Source: Mayamaea pseudoterrestris
Taxonomy: Eukaryota
Length of the DNA stretch: 64,000 nucleotides
Direction of reading: 5' to 3'
Assembly: GCA_027923505.1 (NCBI GenBank)
Contig: BROI01000005.1
Span: forward strand, 620,001-684,000
A program made the translations under genes and the position numbers. Of this stretch, positions 52,965 to 64,000 are shown piece after piece (the stretch's first letter is position 1; each line of letters opens with the position of its first letter). The notes below the pieces were generated by a model that made no database searches, was not told the DNA's origin, and saw only the letters and a program-made list of their open reading frames with translations.

Positions 52965-55900
52965 TTAAAAACCAAAGTCTGACGAAGGACTCGCGCTACC
53001 AAGATCCTTGTCCAGGTAGTTTTGCTCGTACTGCTTCATCATGTCTCGCTGCGCCTCGAGATCCACCGTCTGCGCCACCGATTGCGTCTGCGCCCTCGTC
53101 GCCTCGCGCAGTTTCAAAGCGGCAGCCTTGGCTTCCTTTTCTTGTAGCTCCTTGGCCAAGGCCTCCTTTTCCTCCTCCTCGGCTCGCTGCGCCTTTAATT
53201 CCTCGCCGCGGGCGGCAGCTTCCTTGAGTCGCTGCGCCTTGGCGGCGTCCGCCTCGGCCTTGATGCGCTCCTCGCGCGCCTTGCGGTCCGCCTCTTGCTG
53301 CTTGGTCATGGCAGCGCGTTCGCGAGCAGCACCCCAGGCGTCGTCCTCGTCGTCATCCTCCTGATGATTGTTCTTTTCCGACTCGGCAGTGGGCATGCTC
53401 CAGTTGGCAGCAAAGTCGCCATTGCCTTCGTCGTCCTCATTGTCGTCAGCCAATTCACCGAATCCGTCTCCGAGACGAAACTCCTTCGCAGCGTTATTGT
53501 TGTTGTTGCTAAATTGCTTGCCGCCAAATTGCCCAGCAGCCTGGGCAATCTTGGCGTCGTCGCCATCAGAGTCAGAGTCACTGTCGTCTCCTTTGCTTCC
53601 GAATGCAAAGAATGAACCAGAATCAGGTTTCGGCTGTTGCGCCGCAGCTGCTGATTTCTTGGGAGCAGTGGTACTAGTCGTTGCCTGTGAAGGAGCCTTT
53701 CCGGTAGTCTTGGGTTTCTTCTTTGGCTTTGGCTTTGACTTTTTCATAAACTGCGCGAAATGACATGATCAGCAAATGTTCATTTGACCAATGCGAAATG
53801 GGCAAACATTCAAGTATCTTACCTTTGTTACGTAACGCAACAATTTCCGCTGAGTCTTCACATCGAGAAGATCAATTTCGAGGTCAATGTCACCAGCATC
53901 GGCTTCAAGGGGAGTAGCTTCCCGAATAATTTGAACCACTGCGTCCAATTCGTCAGGAGGCAAAAGACCAATATTTTCTGTCAACAGCTCCTGCTCTTCT
54001 TCTGTCAAAGGCTTCGTATCTTCTACCGCAACTCTTTCGACAGTGTAGGCTGTTTCACTCTTTCGTTTTTGTGCCTTTTTGCGCTCTGGTGCAGAAGAGG
54101 CTACCGATGCTGATGAGGGAGGTGCTGTATATACAGTAGTTATCGAATCATCAATGTCATTTTCGTCGCCTGGCGACAACTCCGCCAACAGCTTGTGAGT
54201 GTCGACCAACTGCGTCGACAGCTGCTGAATGTGACCTAGAAGTAGATTAAACTCGGTACGGGACACCGTACTTCCGTTGGCAGAAGTACTGCTGACAATG
54301 TCGGCGAAGAAGTTCGCGTTGGCTGCGGCCATCGCTTGCGCCTCCTCAAGTCGCATGCGTTTAGCACTTTTCAACGGCTCGCCGTCGCGCTTTCGCTTCT
54401 TATCGTCCTTTCCTTTCTTGGCCTTTTCTTCGTCAGCAATTTTTACCATGATGCGTTCCACCTCGCGAAACTTTTGGTTAAAGAATACCAGAAGCGCCCT
54501 TGCAGCTTGGTGGACCGAGTGGGCAGGATCAACATTGAAAGTCATAGCATTCTGGAAAACAAGTCGCACCAAGCGAGCAAGCTCATCGGGATCAGACACA
54601 GCGTTGGTTTCCATTCGTCGATGAATCGTCTTCAAGTCCATCGGCTCTTTAATGATCTGATGATAGGAAGGGATGCCCAGCGCAACAGGATCGACAGGTT
54701 CAGCAAAGAAGTTTCCCATCTCGGTATCTTTTTCTCGAACTGCCCTGAGTATCTGCGCACACATGATCATTGTTCGGGTAAGCAGTGCATCTGGATCATC
54801 GTCCTCGAGCTTCGATGGGAGTTTGACAAGCCGAGTCGACTCTCTCCTTTGAGCAGCAGTTCCCAACGATGCAGTCGATGGCTGACGCACAAGAGCATCG
54901 GGTCTCGTCGCCAACGGAGCCCCAGGTACTACTGCAGCGACTTTAGCCTGTGCTGGTACGGCAAGCTGCTCTGTTGGGTACATGCGATACAACTCTACTT
55001 GGCCGCCTGTCTTCCCGCTCATGACCAGCGTACCCAACAAACTGAAGGTCCCAATCGGGTTGATTCCTTTCCCGTAAACATTGTAAGATCCTTGCGAGTT
55101 CAACCGAAACTTCATAACAACCTGCTGATCGATAATAGTTTGATACCGAGAGCCTTGCTTTTTTATTTGAAAATTACCCTTGTATCTGTCCGAGTCTAGC
55201 GGAAATTGTTTCGAATCGCCACTGGCTGCAGCAGCTGCTTGCGCAAAATGAGACTCTAATCGAAATGTGCAAGGACTAATCTGCCCACCTGTAAAGGATT
55301 CTCTAGTCACTGCCCACTTTCCCGCGCAAGTATGCGTGCCGTCTTCGTTGACTCGAAGCACTCCTCGCATCACAGCCGAATAGCCTCCATTGGCAGGTGG
55401 GACAATTGGCTCCAACTTCGATCCATTTTCGGCCTCGGGTGGAGTGACAACATCGTCAAGCGAAAGAATTGGCTCCATGGCTTGTGCCAATGAAGGGCGA
55501 CGCTGCACAGGAGCTGGAGCGCCAACTGATGCCGTTGCAGGTGGAACGGAAGTCTTGGCCTTAATCTTCCGCGGCTGAAAGTGACGAAATATGGTCAAGA
55601 CATTATCTGGTTCAGCAGACAATGTCCCAGTTATGTTGTATTTGCCGAATACGTTCGTGCCTCGTCCTTCCACGTTGTATCCGCCGGCATTGTTCCTTCG
55701 AAATTTGAGCGTCACGTCCCGCTCATTAATACGAGTCCTAGTGCCATCATCATTTGTCAAGTCGAACCAACCAGAATAGCGACCCGACACAGGAAAGATA
55801 CCAGCAGCGGTTCCACTGCTTTTGTGCTCGTATTCAAATCTATTCGTTGGACCGCCATCGTTCAAGAAGTTCAAACCTGCAGCCCACATTCCACTAATTT

Positions 55901-57269
55901 TGTGAACGACTTCACTGGCACCAAGAGTTTCGACAGACTCTTCCTTTACCATCTTGCCTCTCAAGCAAATGACTCCAGAGGGAAAAGATTCAGAAGGCGG
56001 TGGTAGCGGGCCTTCCGCAACTTCGACGCCAACGACAGCTCCACCAGCATCAGCAGTCTTGCCGTCCGACGTAGTAGCGGCAGGAACCGCAGCTTCCTCG
56101 TACCGCTTCCGCATTTCAATCTTATACGTAGGGTCGTTATAATTAGGACTATTGGGGTCTTCACTTCTATTTGGCGTGGCCGTGCCTTGAATCAAGAAAA
56201 CGCCAAACTGATTTGTTCCCTTTCCATCAAGCAAAAATGACTCGTCATCTTGCTTGGTGTATGTTATTTTGACTCCGCTCTCGGGAATGACTTTGGAACG
56301 CTCCTTTTTCTTTCCCTTGCTAGTAATATGGGAATACATGAGACTAAATGAGCCATGAAACTCGCCGTCCTGCGGCAGTAGTGTCAGCTCCTCGTCAGGC
56401 GAAAGCGTGCGATACAATTCAAATCGTTGCGGAGGAAACGCCGTCGAGTTTTCATAGTTCCAATTGCCGCGAATCAAATGCCGCCGCGTATTCTCCTCGT
56501 AGCAAAGCGTTCCCTTCATTACTGGTAATTGCGGAGCTGGAGCTGCGGCTTCAGTCTGCAGCTTGGTAGTGTTTGCTACAGCTACAGTAGTGTCGACGGA
56601 ATTCGCAGCAGTGACCGATGTGAGTTGTGATTCGGCTGCAGTAGACGCTTGCGCCGACGACGCATCGTCCTTTGATTCTAATTCATTCTGCAATAAATCG
56701 TCCGCGCCTGTCGCTGCTGCATCATTCGTATCCGCTTGCTTGTGCGCGTCTGGCTGAATCGCGTGGCTGTCTTCCATGACGGCATCGCCTTCATCTTCAT
56801 CTGCTGCAGCTTCAGTCATTTCAACGTCTTGTCCAGCCGAACTGCTTGCATTATTAACAGTCGCTAAATTTTCGTCTACTTGCATAGTGTCATCTGCAGT
56901 TGCGTCAGTCTCGACCGCAGTTTCCCCTGCACTGCCATTTTGCTGCGTGACAGCAGCATTGTCTTCATCGTCCAATTGCTGCTCGTAAACATTAATGCTA
57001 ATTGCCCCATTATTTTTGTTATCTTTTTCAATAAATTTAGATGCGTCTGAATCATCTGCGTCGTCTAAATTTAAATTGTCGTCATTGTTATTAATTTTTT
57101 CGTCGTCGTGCTCAGACTGCGGCAGCACTGCACTCTCCGTTCGCCCTTCCACAGGGTTGCTTTCGTTCGAGCCTTCGCCGCTTCCAGTATTTTCGTTTGC
57201 TACTAAAGTATTCTTGCTAGTGTCATGGTATTTATCGTTACTAGTAGATTCCAAAGAGGATACTTCCAT
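52965..57269 (-). CDS. BET-family bromodomain + ET (NET) protein; exons 57269-53823, 53750-52965
   Basis: Bromodomain FFAEPVDPVALGIPSYHQIIKEPMDLKTI...VFQNAMTFN; ET domain PLTEEEQELLTENIGLLP...VVQIIRE...IDLEIDLLDVKTQRKL. Intron 53822-53751 joins the 260-aa downstream ORF. Confidence 0.88.
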
Positions 57270-57537
57270 AGTCAAACGCTCATGGAGAGGGACTTTTGAT
57301 TTGTGGTTCTGCAGCGCCGCTGCAGCACATGCACGGCTGAATGGACGACCGTTCGTGGACGCGTCGAGTTCCACGTGGCAAGAACTCGTGAAAACTGACT
57401 TTGCAGTCTTATAGTTAGGGTTCGAAAAGGAAATTTAGCTATTTGTCACGACCTGGCTGCCACTCCAACGGTCAATTACCTTTTTGCACAGTGATATGCA
57501 AACTCTGTAGTTGGTTAGTATTTCATACTAGATTATT

Positions 57538-60234
57538 CTAATCAAATACACCTCGCGGAGTGTATGTCTTTTCTTCAAAAAAGCGGTAAATCGTCCTGGT
57601 GAGTGTCGATTCAGCCTCTTCCTCCGCATTGCTTCCTATATCTGACCATTCATCGTCGTCGCTCCCCTCTTGAAAGCCAGCATTGTCCACTACCATCGGA
57701 TCATCGGTAGCGTCTTCAATTGGAAAAATATTTGCGTCTCCGTCAAGTATTTTAGCAACGAGACCCTCCTCGCTAGCAGTGATTGGCCGAAAGGGTGGCA
57801 CCCCACAGAAACGTTTATGATCATCTTTATAATCATCCTTCATGCATGAAGTGCAACAATAAGAGGCGATCCGACAACCGGGACATCGAACAGCAGCAGA
57901 CCTGATGCTGGTCGTCGCTCGACGATCGCCGGCGACGCGAGTGAAAATAGTCACTTCTGCACACTCGAATCTCCAGCACTGAACCCGATCGTCTGGCCAA
58001 AAATCACGACCCAAAAACTCCACAATGCGGAGACCAACGTCCCTCGGCATGGCGAGTCGGTGGGTAGACAACATGACACACTTTGCAGCCTGACGAAATT
58101 CCGGCTGAAACGACAAGTGACTGCTAGGATTCCAAGGTGCACTCCAAGCACGAAACAACAGTAGCAGCGACAAATCATGCCGAGCTCGGAGCTCTCCCCG
58201 AGTTAGCTCGTGTTCGTCTTCATCGGCGCACCAGTGCATGACACAATCTTCACCGCTGGCACTGCTATCATCGTCAGAGTCGTCATCATCGTCTGAATCA
58301 GAGTCATCCGAATCATCCTCCTCGCAGGGAAAGTTTGTTCCGTAGGCACAAACGACAGGATCCAGCGGAGTGACGTCGTAAGTGAAGCGACACCAAAGAA
58401 GAAAATCTGTATATCCAAGACAAGCCGCGCGAATATCCACCATATTCCGAAGAAAAAGCGCACGTACAGCATCACGCACATCCGTGGGAGGTCGTCCGTG
58501 ACAAATTTGTTGAATCTTGCCAAATAGCATCTCATGGGCGCTGCCTCCGTCGGGAGCCCTTGGCTGCTCGAGCTTTTGCAGTAGATTAGATGCGTCGGTT
58601 ATACAATTTGCCATACGATTCGGCACGCACATGCGAGTCTCAGCCAAGGCAGCGTCTTTTACGCCGAAATACAAAGAATTCGAATCTTCACCAACATCCG
58701 CTTGACTCTCATCAACTGGCTTTATAAGTGGCGCGGTAGAATTGATTAAAAGGCTTGCAATATTTTTGACCACGGCACTTGCAAGAGTGTAATATTGATC
58801 AATTACTGGAAGATAAAGCAAACAAGCTTCGGCAATGTCCACCAAGGCTCGGAGGCAGTTGACGTATGTTTCCAGTGCAAGAGAAACGGCTTGCGTGTTG
58901 GTGTCACCACTGCGAACCGCCTTGAGGCGGTGTCGTTCCAGCGAGCCGCGCACGCCAAGTGCTTGAATCACATTATTGACTAGATCAACCGGCACCTTGG
59001 TGCTGCCTTCCGCATCATCATCCTCGTTTTCCAGTCGCCGCACACAAGCAGTTCTCTTCATCCTGAGTTTCCACTTTCCCTCCAAATCGGCAGTCTCATT
59101 TTCCTCGTCCAGCAAATGTCCAAACTCTCGATGAAACGTTGAGCGAACAAAGCCAGCCAAAACATTCACATGCTCCTCCTTGAATACTGTAACACCAAAC
59201 GCCAGTACTTGCGGTAAAAAGTCAATAATAAGTTCGCGCTCCATGCAATAGTGAGTCGCCGGGCTGTCACTCGTCCACTCGCATTCACGGTCGCACGCAA
59301 TGTATTCGCTGCTCACAATGGTCAACAATCGTGCCAACAAGCTACAGTCATCCAAGTCATGATGCCGCGCCAATAGCACCAACACTGCCGCCGCCAATCG
59401 ATCGTCTCGCTGCAGTTCACTCAATGAATGCTTGAGTAGTTTCAGCAGTATGCTGCCCCGATGCGTTCGCTCAAACGGAAGGCGATCATGTCCATGACGT
59501 TCATCAATCAACAAAGTATCATTTTGCTCAAAAAGTTCCTTCTGCGCCGCGGCTGCATAAAAGGCATTGTCTCCCTGCAAAGCCGCCTGCGCCTTCAAAT
59601 CAACCAATGGGCTTGCCAAGTAGGATTGATTGTCATCGAGCGCATGCTGCATCATGTACACCAACGTTTCGTAACTGCAGCAGTGACACTGCTTCTGCAG
59701 CATGGTTTGAGCAAGCGCTTGAATGGAGACTGGAGTATGCGAGTCAACGACTGGAACGTCGGATGGATCTTCGTAATTGTTGTCGTCGACGGAGCCAGCG
59801 TAAATGCGCTTGTCAAACGGCAATAGGCAAGGCGGAATCGAATCAAATGGAATGGGATGCTTGAGTAAGCTCGTGATGGAATGGCCAATCTTGTCAACAT
59901 ACAAGGCGTCGTAGGCGTCCAGTAATGGATATAATGCTGTATCGTAGGGATACATGGAAGGATCCTCCACGATTCCTTGTGGATTAGCGTAGTTTCGACG
60001 CGGTCTGATTGGTTCCATTGTTATTGTTTTTCCGTCCTGAGGAATCGTTTCGATCGTAATGAGCTGCTCGTATTTTGCAGTTTCCTCCTCCCATTCTTGA
60101 TCAATTTGAGCTTTCAGTTGCTGGAACGATTCACATTGGAGCTGAAGGAGCTCCGAGTTGAGCGGCTGGTACCAATCCGTTGTCGAGGCATTGGAATCAC
60201 TTGGAGCTGCTGCTGATTTATTTGTCGAGGCCAT
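57538..60234 (-). CDS. MYND-type zinc finger protein
   Basis: C-terminal CWRFEC...CPGCRIASYCCTSCMKDDYKDDHKRFC; long helical N-terminal region. Start 60234 or 60306. Confidence 0.75.
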   Translation of the reverse strand: MASTNKSAAAPSDSNASTTDWYQPLNSELLQLQCESFQQLKAQIDQEWEEETAKYEQLITIETIPQDGKTITMEPIRPRRNYANPQGIVEDPSMYPYDTALYPLLDAYDALYVDKIGHSITSLLKHPIPFDSIPPCLLPFDKRIYAGSVDDNNYEDPSDVPVVDSHTPVSIQALAQTMLQKQCHCCSYETLVYMMQHALDDNQSYLASPLVDLKAQAALQGDNAFYAAAAQKELFEQNDTLLIDERHGHDRLPFERTHRGSILLKLLKHSLSELQRDDRLAAAVLVLLARHHDLDDCSLLARLLTIVSSEYIACDRECEWTSDSPATHYCMERELIIDFLPQVLAFGVTVFKEEHVNVLAGFVRSTFHREFGHLLDEENETADLEGKWKLRMKRTACVRRLENEDDDAEGSTKVPVDLVNNVIQALGVRGSLERHRLKAVRSGDTNTQAVSLALETYVNCLRALVDIAEACLLYLPVIDQYYTLASAVVKNIASLLINSTAPLIKPVDESQADVGEDSNSLYFGVKDAALAETRMCVPNRMANCITDASNLLQKLEQPRAPDGGSAHEMLFGKIQQICHGRPPTDVRDAVRALFLRNMVDIRAACLGYTDFLLWCRFTYDVTPLDPVVCAYGTNFPCEEDDSDDSDSDDDDDSDDDSSASGEDCVMHWCADEDEHELTRGELRARHDLSLLLLFRAWSAPWNPSSHLSFQPEFRQAAKCVMLSTHRLAMPRDVGLRIVEFLGRDFWPDDRVQCWRFECAEVTIFTRVAGDRRATTSIRSAAVRCPGCRIASYCCTSCMKDDYKDDHKRFCGVPPFRPITASEEGLVAKILDGDANIFPIEDATDDPMVVDNAGFQEGSDDDEWSDIGSNAEEEAESTLTRTIYRFFEEKTYTPRGVFD

Positions 60235-60371
60235 GATAAATTCCCACGGTACTACTTCTGCTTGATTTTTTGAGTTTTTATACAATGAACGGGTCGCTAC
60301 CGGCATGTACAAGCTTGTTGTGAAACAAAATTAATATGCGAGTCGAAAATGAATGCGCAATGCGCAACGAA

Positions 60372-60415
60372 AATGACAAGCATGGTTGGTTGCAATGACA
60401 AGCATGGTTGGTTGC
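60372..60415. repeat. Perfect 22-bp tandem duplication (AATGACAAGCATGGTTGGTTGC x2)
   Basis: Read directly; lies upstream of the MYND gene. Confidence 0.9.
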
Positions 60416-60779
60416 AGTGAGCGACGTCACGTTCGTGTTCGGTCTGACTCGGTCAGATCGGTCCCTTCCCCCTGCTGCAAAGTGAAAATTCCGGCGCGCA
60501 GAACACGTTTTCAGTACAAGATCTACACAAATTTCTACGCGGACACGGCTTCTCGGGACTCGATAACGGTCAACGGATTTCATCGGGATTCTACCATGTA
60601 AGACGTACCGGTACTCATTCAAGGAACGACATGACCGGTGCTACACACTCACTGGGCATTATTGCATCTAGCTAACAAGCAGGCTTATAAGCATATAAAA
60701 CACCATATTAGGCAGCAAGGGGCATGCCATTTTATTGTGCCTACCTTAAAAATGCATGAAATTGGTTCAACTCCTCATC

Positions 60780-61890
60780 ACCAAGCTTGTCATCCTCTGA
60801 GGCTCCCAGTCTGTCTTTAGCAATTGACCAAGCGGCTTGCCATCAAGTGAGCCATAGCCAAGTCCAGTGAGTCACCTACCTCAAGTCTCTTTCCCAGTGC
60901 AGCACCAAGCTTGTCACCCTCTGTGGCTGCCAGTTTCTCCCAGCACCTGCCCCAGCAGCCTACCATCAAGTGTGCCATCAAGTGACTCAAGCGCCAAAGC
61001 CCAGAGTGTCGCCTATCAAAGGACCCAGTATCCATCCTAGTGCAGCACTGAGCTTACCACCCTTGTGACTCCACTTTGTCTCCCAGCAGTCACCCCAGCA
61101 GCTTGCTATCAAGCGTGCACGTGACCTGTCCCAAGCCAAAAACTTGTGCGCCACCTAGGGTGGACCCAGTCTCCTTTCCAGTGCAGTACCAAACTTGTCC
61201 CCCTCTGTAACTCACAGTTTGTCTTTAAGCAGTCGCCAAGTGTGCCATCAAGTGACCCAGGTGCCAAGCCCAGTGCGTCACCTAGCGCAGGACCCAGTCT
61301 CCTTCCCAGTGCAGTACCAAACTTGTCCCTCTCTGTAACTCACGGTTTGTCTCCAAGCACTCAACCCGGCAGCTTGCCATCAAGTGTGCCATCATGTGAT
61401 CCAAGCGCCAAGCCCAGTGTGTCATCTAGCGCAGGACCCAGTCTCCTTCCCAATGCAGTACCAAATTTGTCCCTCTCTGTAACTCACAGTTTGTCTCCAA
61501 GCACTCAACCCAGCAGCTTGCCATCAAATATGCCGCTATGTGATCCAAGCGCAAGCCCAGTGTGTCACCTAGCGCAGGACCCAGTCTCCCTTGCGTTCAG
61601 CATCAAGCTCGTCGCCCTCTGTGGCTGCCAGTTCCTCCCAGCACTCGCCCCAGCAGCCTACCATCAATTGTGCCATCAAGTGATTCAAGCACTAAGCCCA
61701 GTGTATCACCTAGCGCAGGACCCAGTCTCCCTTGCATGCAGCATCAAGCTTGTCTAAGCACTTAACCCAGCAGCTTGCCATCAAGTTTGCTGCCAAGTGA
61801 ATCATGTGACCTAGTGCAGGACCCCCCACTCTCCTTCCCAGTACATCACCAAACTTCTCACCCTCTGTGGCTCCCAGTTTGTCTCCAGGT
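60780..61890 (+). repeat. Degenerate tandem repeat, unit about 144 bp (12-bp sub-period, PSxx-coding), about 7-8 copies; probably a decayed Pro/Ser-repeat gene
   Basis: The anchor GGACCCAGT recurs near 61021, 61162, 61290, 61434, 61577 and 61718. The translation has PSSVPSCDPSAKPSVSSSAGPSLLP repeats with frameshifts and stops. Confidence 0.85.
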
Positions 61891-62222
61891 ACTTATTAAT
61901 ATGCAGGCAGTTGGAGCAAGCCATCAGGATTTGTTTGCAATACATTTTTTACCAAATGATGTACCAAGCTTGCCACTCGTACTGCATGCGCATATGGAGG
62001 TGCCACGCAGTCGGGTCAGACCCCGGTCCCTCGGTGCAATCGCATCGTTGCATCTAGAACCGCTGCGACGTAATACTCCAGCGAAGACGGCAACCACCAT
62101 CACTTTCGAGCAGCTGGCAGCAGTCACAATTGCAACGGGATTACTACTTGGACGACAAGCTATATCGTTTGATACATACACTAATACTACCTCTACTACT
62201 TATCATCAACTAGAAGACAATC

Positions 62223-64000
62223 ATGGGTGTTCCAAAGGTGAGTGGAATTGCAGTCGCGATGGCTGATGACAAATCCATGACTGTCACTTTGCTCAATCCA
62301 ACGGATCTCTCTCTCCTACTTAATTCTCTTGCATTCCAGTTTTACCGCTGGATCTCGGAGCGCTACCCCAAAATTAATCAGCTCATTAGCGACAATGCCT
62401 TATTGCCCGAGATTGATCACTTGTACTTGGATTTGAACGGCATTATCCACGGCTGCACGCACCCCTCCGACCGCGATGTTTCCGACATTTTATCGGAACG
62501 CGAAATGATGCTTGGCATTATGAACTACCTTGATCGTCTCGTCACGCAGATTGCCAAACCAAAAGTATCCGTCTACATGGCGATTGACGGAGTGGCGCCA
62601 CGCGCCAAGCTCAACCAGCAGCGGTCCCGACGCTTTCGCAGTGCCAAGGACATGGCCGAAGCCACCAAGGACTTGCCCAAGGATGCCAAGGGCAATGTTG
62701 CGCAAGTCTTTGATTCAAACTGCATTACGCCTGGAACTGAGTTTCTCGACAAGGTTTCCAAAGTCATTCAATACTTTATTCGCAAAAAGATCAAGGAGGA
62801 TGTATTGTGGCGCAACTTGACTGTCATTTTTTCCGGTCACGACGTTCCAGGCGAGGGCGAGCACAAGATTATGCAGCACATTCGCGAAATGCGCTCGCAG
62901 CCGAGCTACCAGCCGAATACGCGCCACTGCATCTACGGACAGGATGCCGACTTGATCATGCTGGGGTTGGTGACGCATGAACCGCATTTTGTCATTTTGC
63001 GTGAAGTGGTTGACTTTAACAGTTTTGCAAGACAAACGAACACGTTAAAGGCGGTCAAGAAGTTTACCAAGCAGAGTGACTTTCAGTTACTGCACTTGTC
63101 AGTCTTGCGCGAGTATTTGGAAATGGAGTTTTGCTACAAGCAGCCGGAATATGATTTGGAGCGCTGCATTGACGATTTTGTATTCATGACGTTTTTGGTG
63201 GGAAACGACTTTTTGCCGCACATGCCGACGCTTGACATTGGAGATGGAGCGTTTGACTTGCTCTTTGATTTGTATCGCGAGCAGCGGCAAACGTGGAATG
63301 GAGAGTACTTGACGTCGTCGGGCAAGATTAGTGATGCGGTTCGGTTGGAAAACTTTTTGGCGGCGATTGGAGAAGCCGAGTCTGACATTCTGGCGGACCG
63401 TGAGGATAAGGATGCTGCAATGCGAAAGAAACGACGTCGCTTTGACAAGCGCTCGGGAACGCCCAGTGAAGCGGAGCTCAAGCATCAAGAGATGAGCAAG
63501 CAGACTGATTTCATGACTATGATTGACGATATGATGGCCAGGGCAGACTTGTGCGATGACGACTTTGTGTCCGGCTGGATGCCATCAGAAGAGGGCGACG
63601 GAAAGGATTTCAAGGGACGCTATTACTACGAGAAGCTTAAGCTTACTCCTTTGGACAAGGATGCGCATTGGCATCTTCGCAAGTCGTACATGGAAGGTCT
63701 CATTTGGTGTCTGGCGTATTATTACGAAGGCTGTATTTCGTGGGGTTGGTTTTATCCGTACCACTACGGACCCATGTTGAGCGATCTTCATGGCTTGCCA
63801 AAGATGTTTAGCGAAATATCATTCGATCAGGGAGCACCTTTAACTCCGTTCATGCAGCTCATGGGTTGCTTGCCACCGGCGTCAGGCATTCTTGTTCCGC
63901 CTCTTTATCGCGGATTAATGATTTCGCCCGACTCGCCAATCATTTCGTTTTATCCTACTGACTTTGAAGTGGATATGAACGGCAAAAAGTAAGTTTATGT
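62223..64000 (+). CDS. XRN1: 5'-3' exoribonuclease XRN1 (5' part; continues beyond window); intron 62238-62339, next intron starts at 63989
   Basis: Spliced MGVPK|FYRWISERYP; DHLYLDLNGIIH, AIDGVAPRAKLNQQRSRRF, FDSNCITPGTEF, VPGEGEHKIM, YGQDADLIML, VGNDFLPH, SWGWFYPYHYGP. Confidence 0.94.

Noticed and set aside
61146..62266. ORFs 61146-61757, 61562-61765 and 61775-62266 as real genes
   Set aside because: They are frameshifted readings of the degenerate repeat, mostly with non-ATG starts, and have no signal peptide or folded domain.
3..64000. A defence island made of ART-Deltex, SAMHD1, ITPase, RdRP and XRN1
   Set aside because: The genes are spread over 64 kb among unrelated housekeeping genes. 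Nothing shows linkage beyond chance; only the ART-Deltex array is a true cluster.

Overview
Compact, gene-dense eukaryotic nuclear DNA with short GT-AG introns and about 28 protein-coding genes. It is most likely from a diatom or related stramenopile, inferred from a DUF6824-like gene, bipartite plastid-type presequences and a signal-peptide-bearing proteasome beta subunit. No rRNA, tRNA, CRISPR array or intact transposon was recognised. The most striking feature is a tandem array of at least three paralogues (1-5044). Each fuses a PARP-like ADP-ribosyltransferase fold to a Deltex RING-H2 + DTC ubiquitin ligase module, a candidate single-chain ADP-ribosylation/ubiquitylation system. Other notable items: a ribokinase-ITPase fusion; a BET bromodomain protein with three copies of an unrecognised beta-rich domain and a BRD4-like C-terminal motif; a secreted granulin-like/alpha-beta hydrolase fusion; a probable periplastid proteasome beta2; a SAMHD1-like dNTPase; a cellular RdRP; and a CpG-depleted, decaying 144-bp tandem repeat. 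Exon boundaries and domain calls were read by eye, without database searches.
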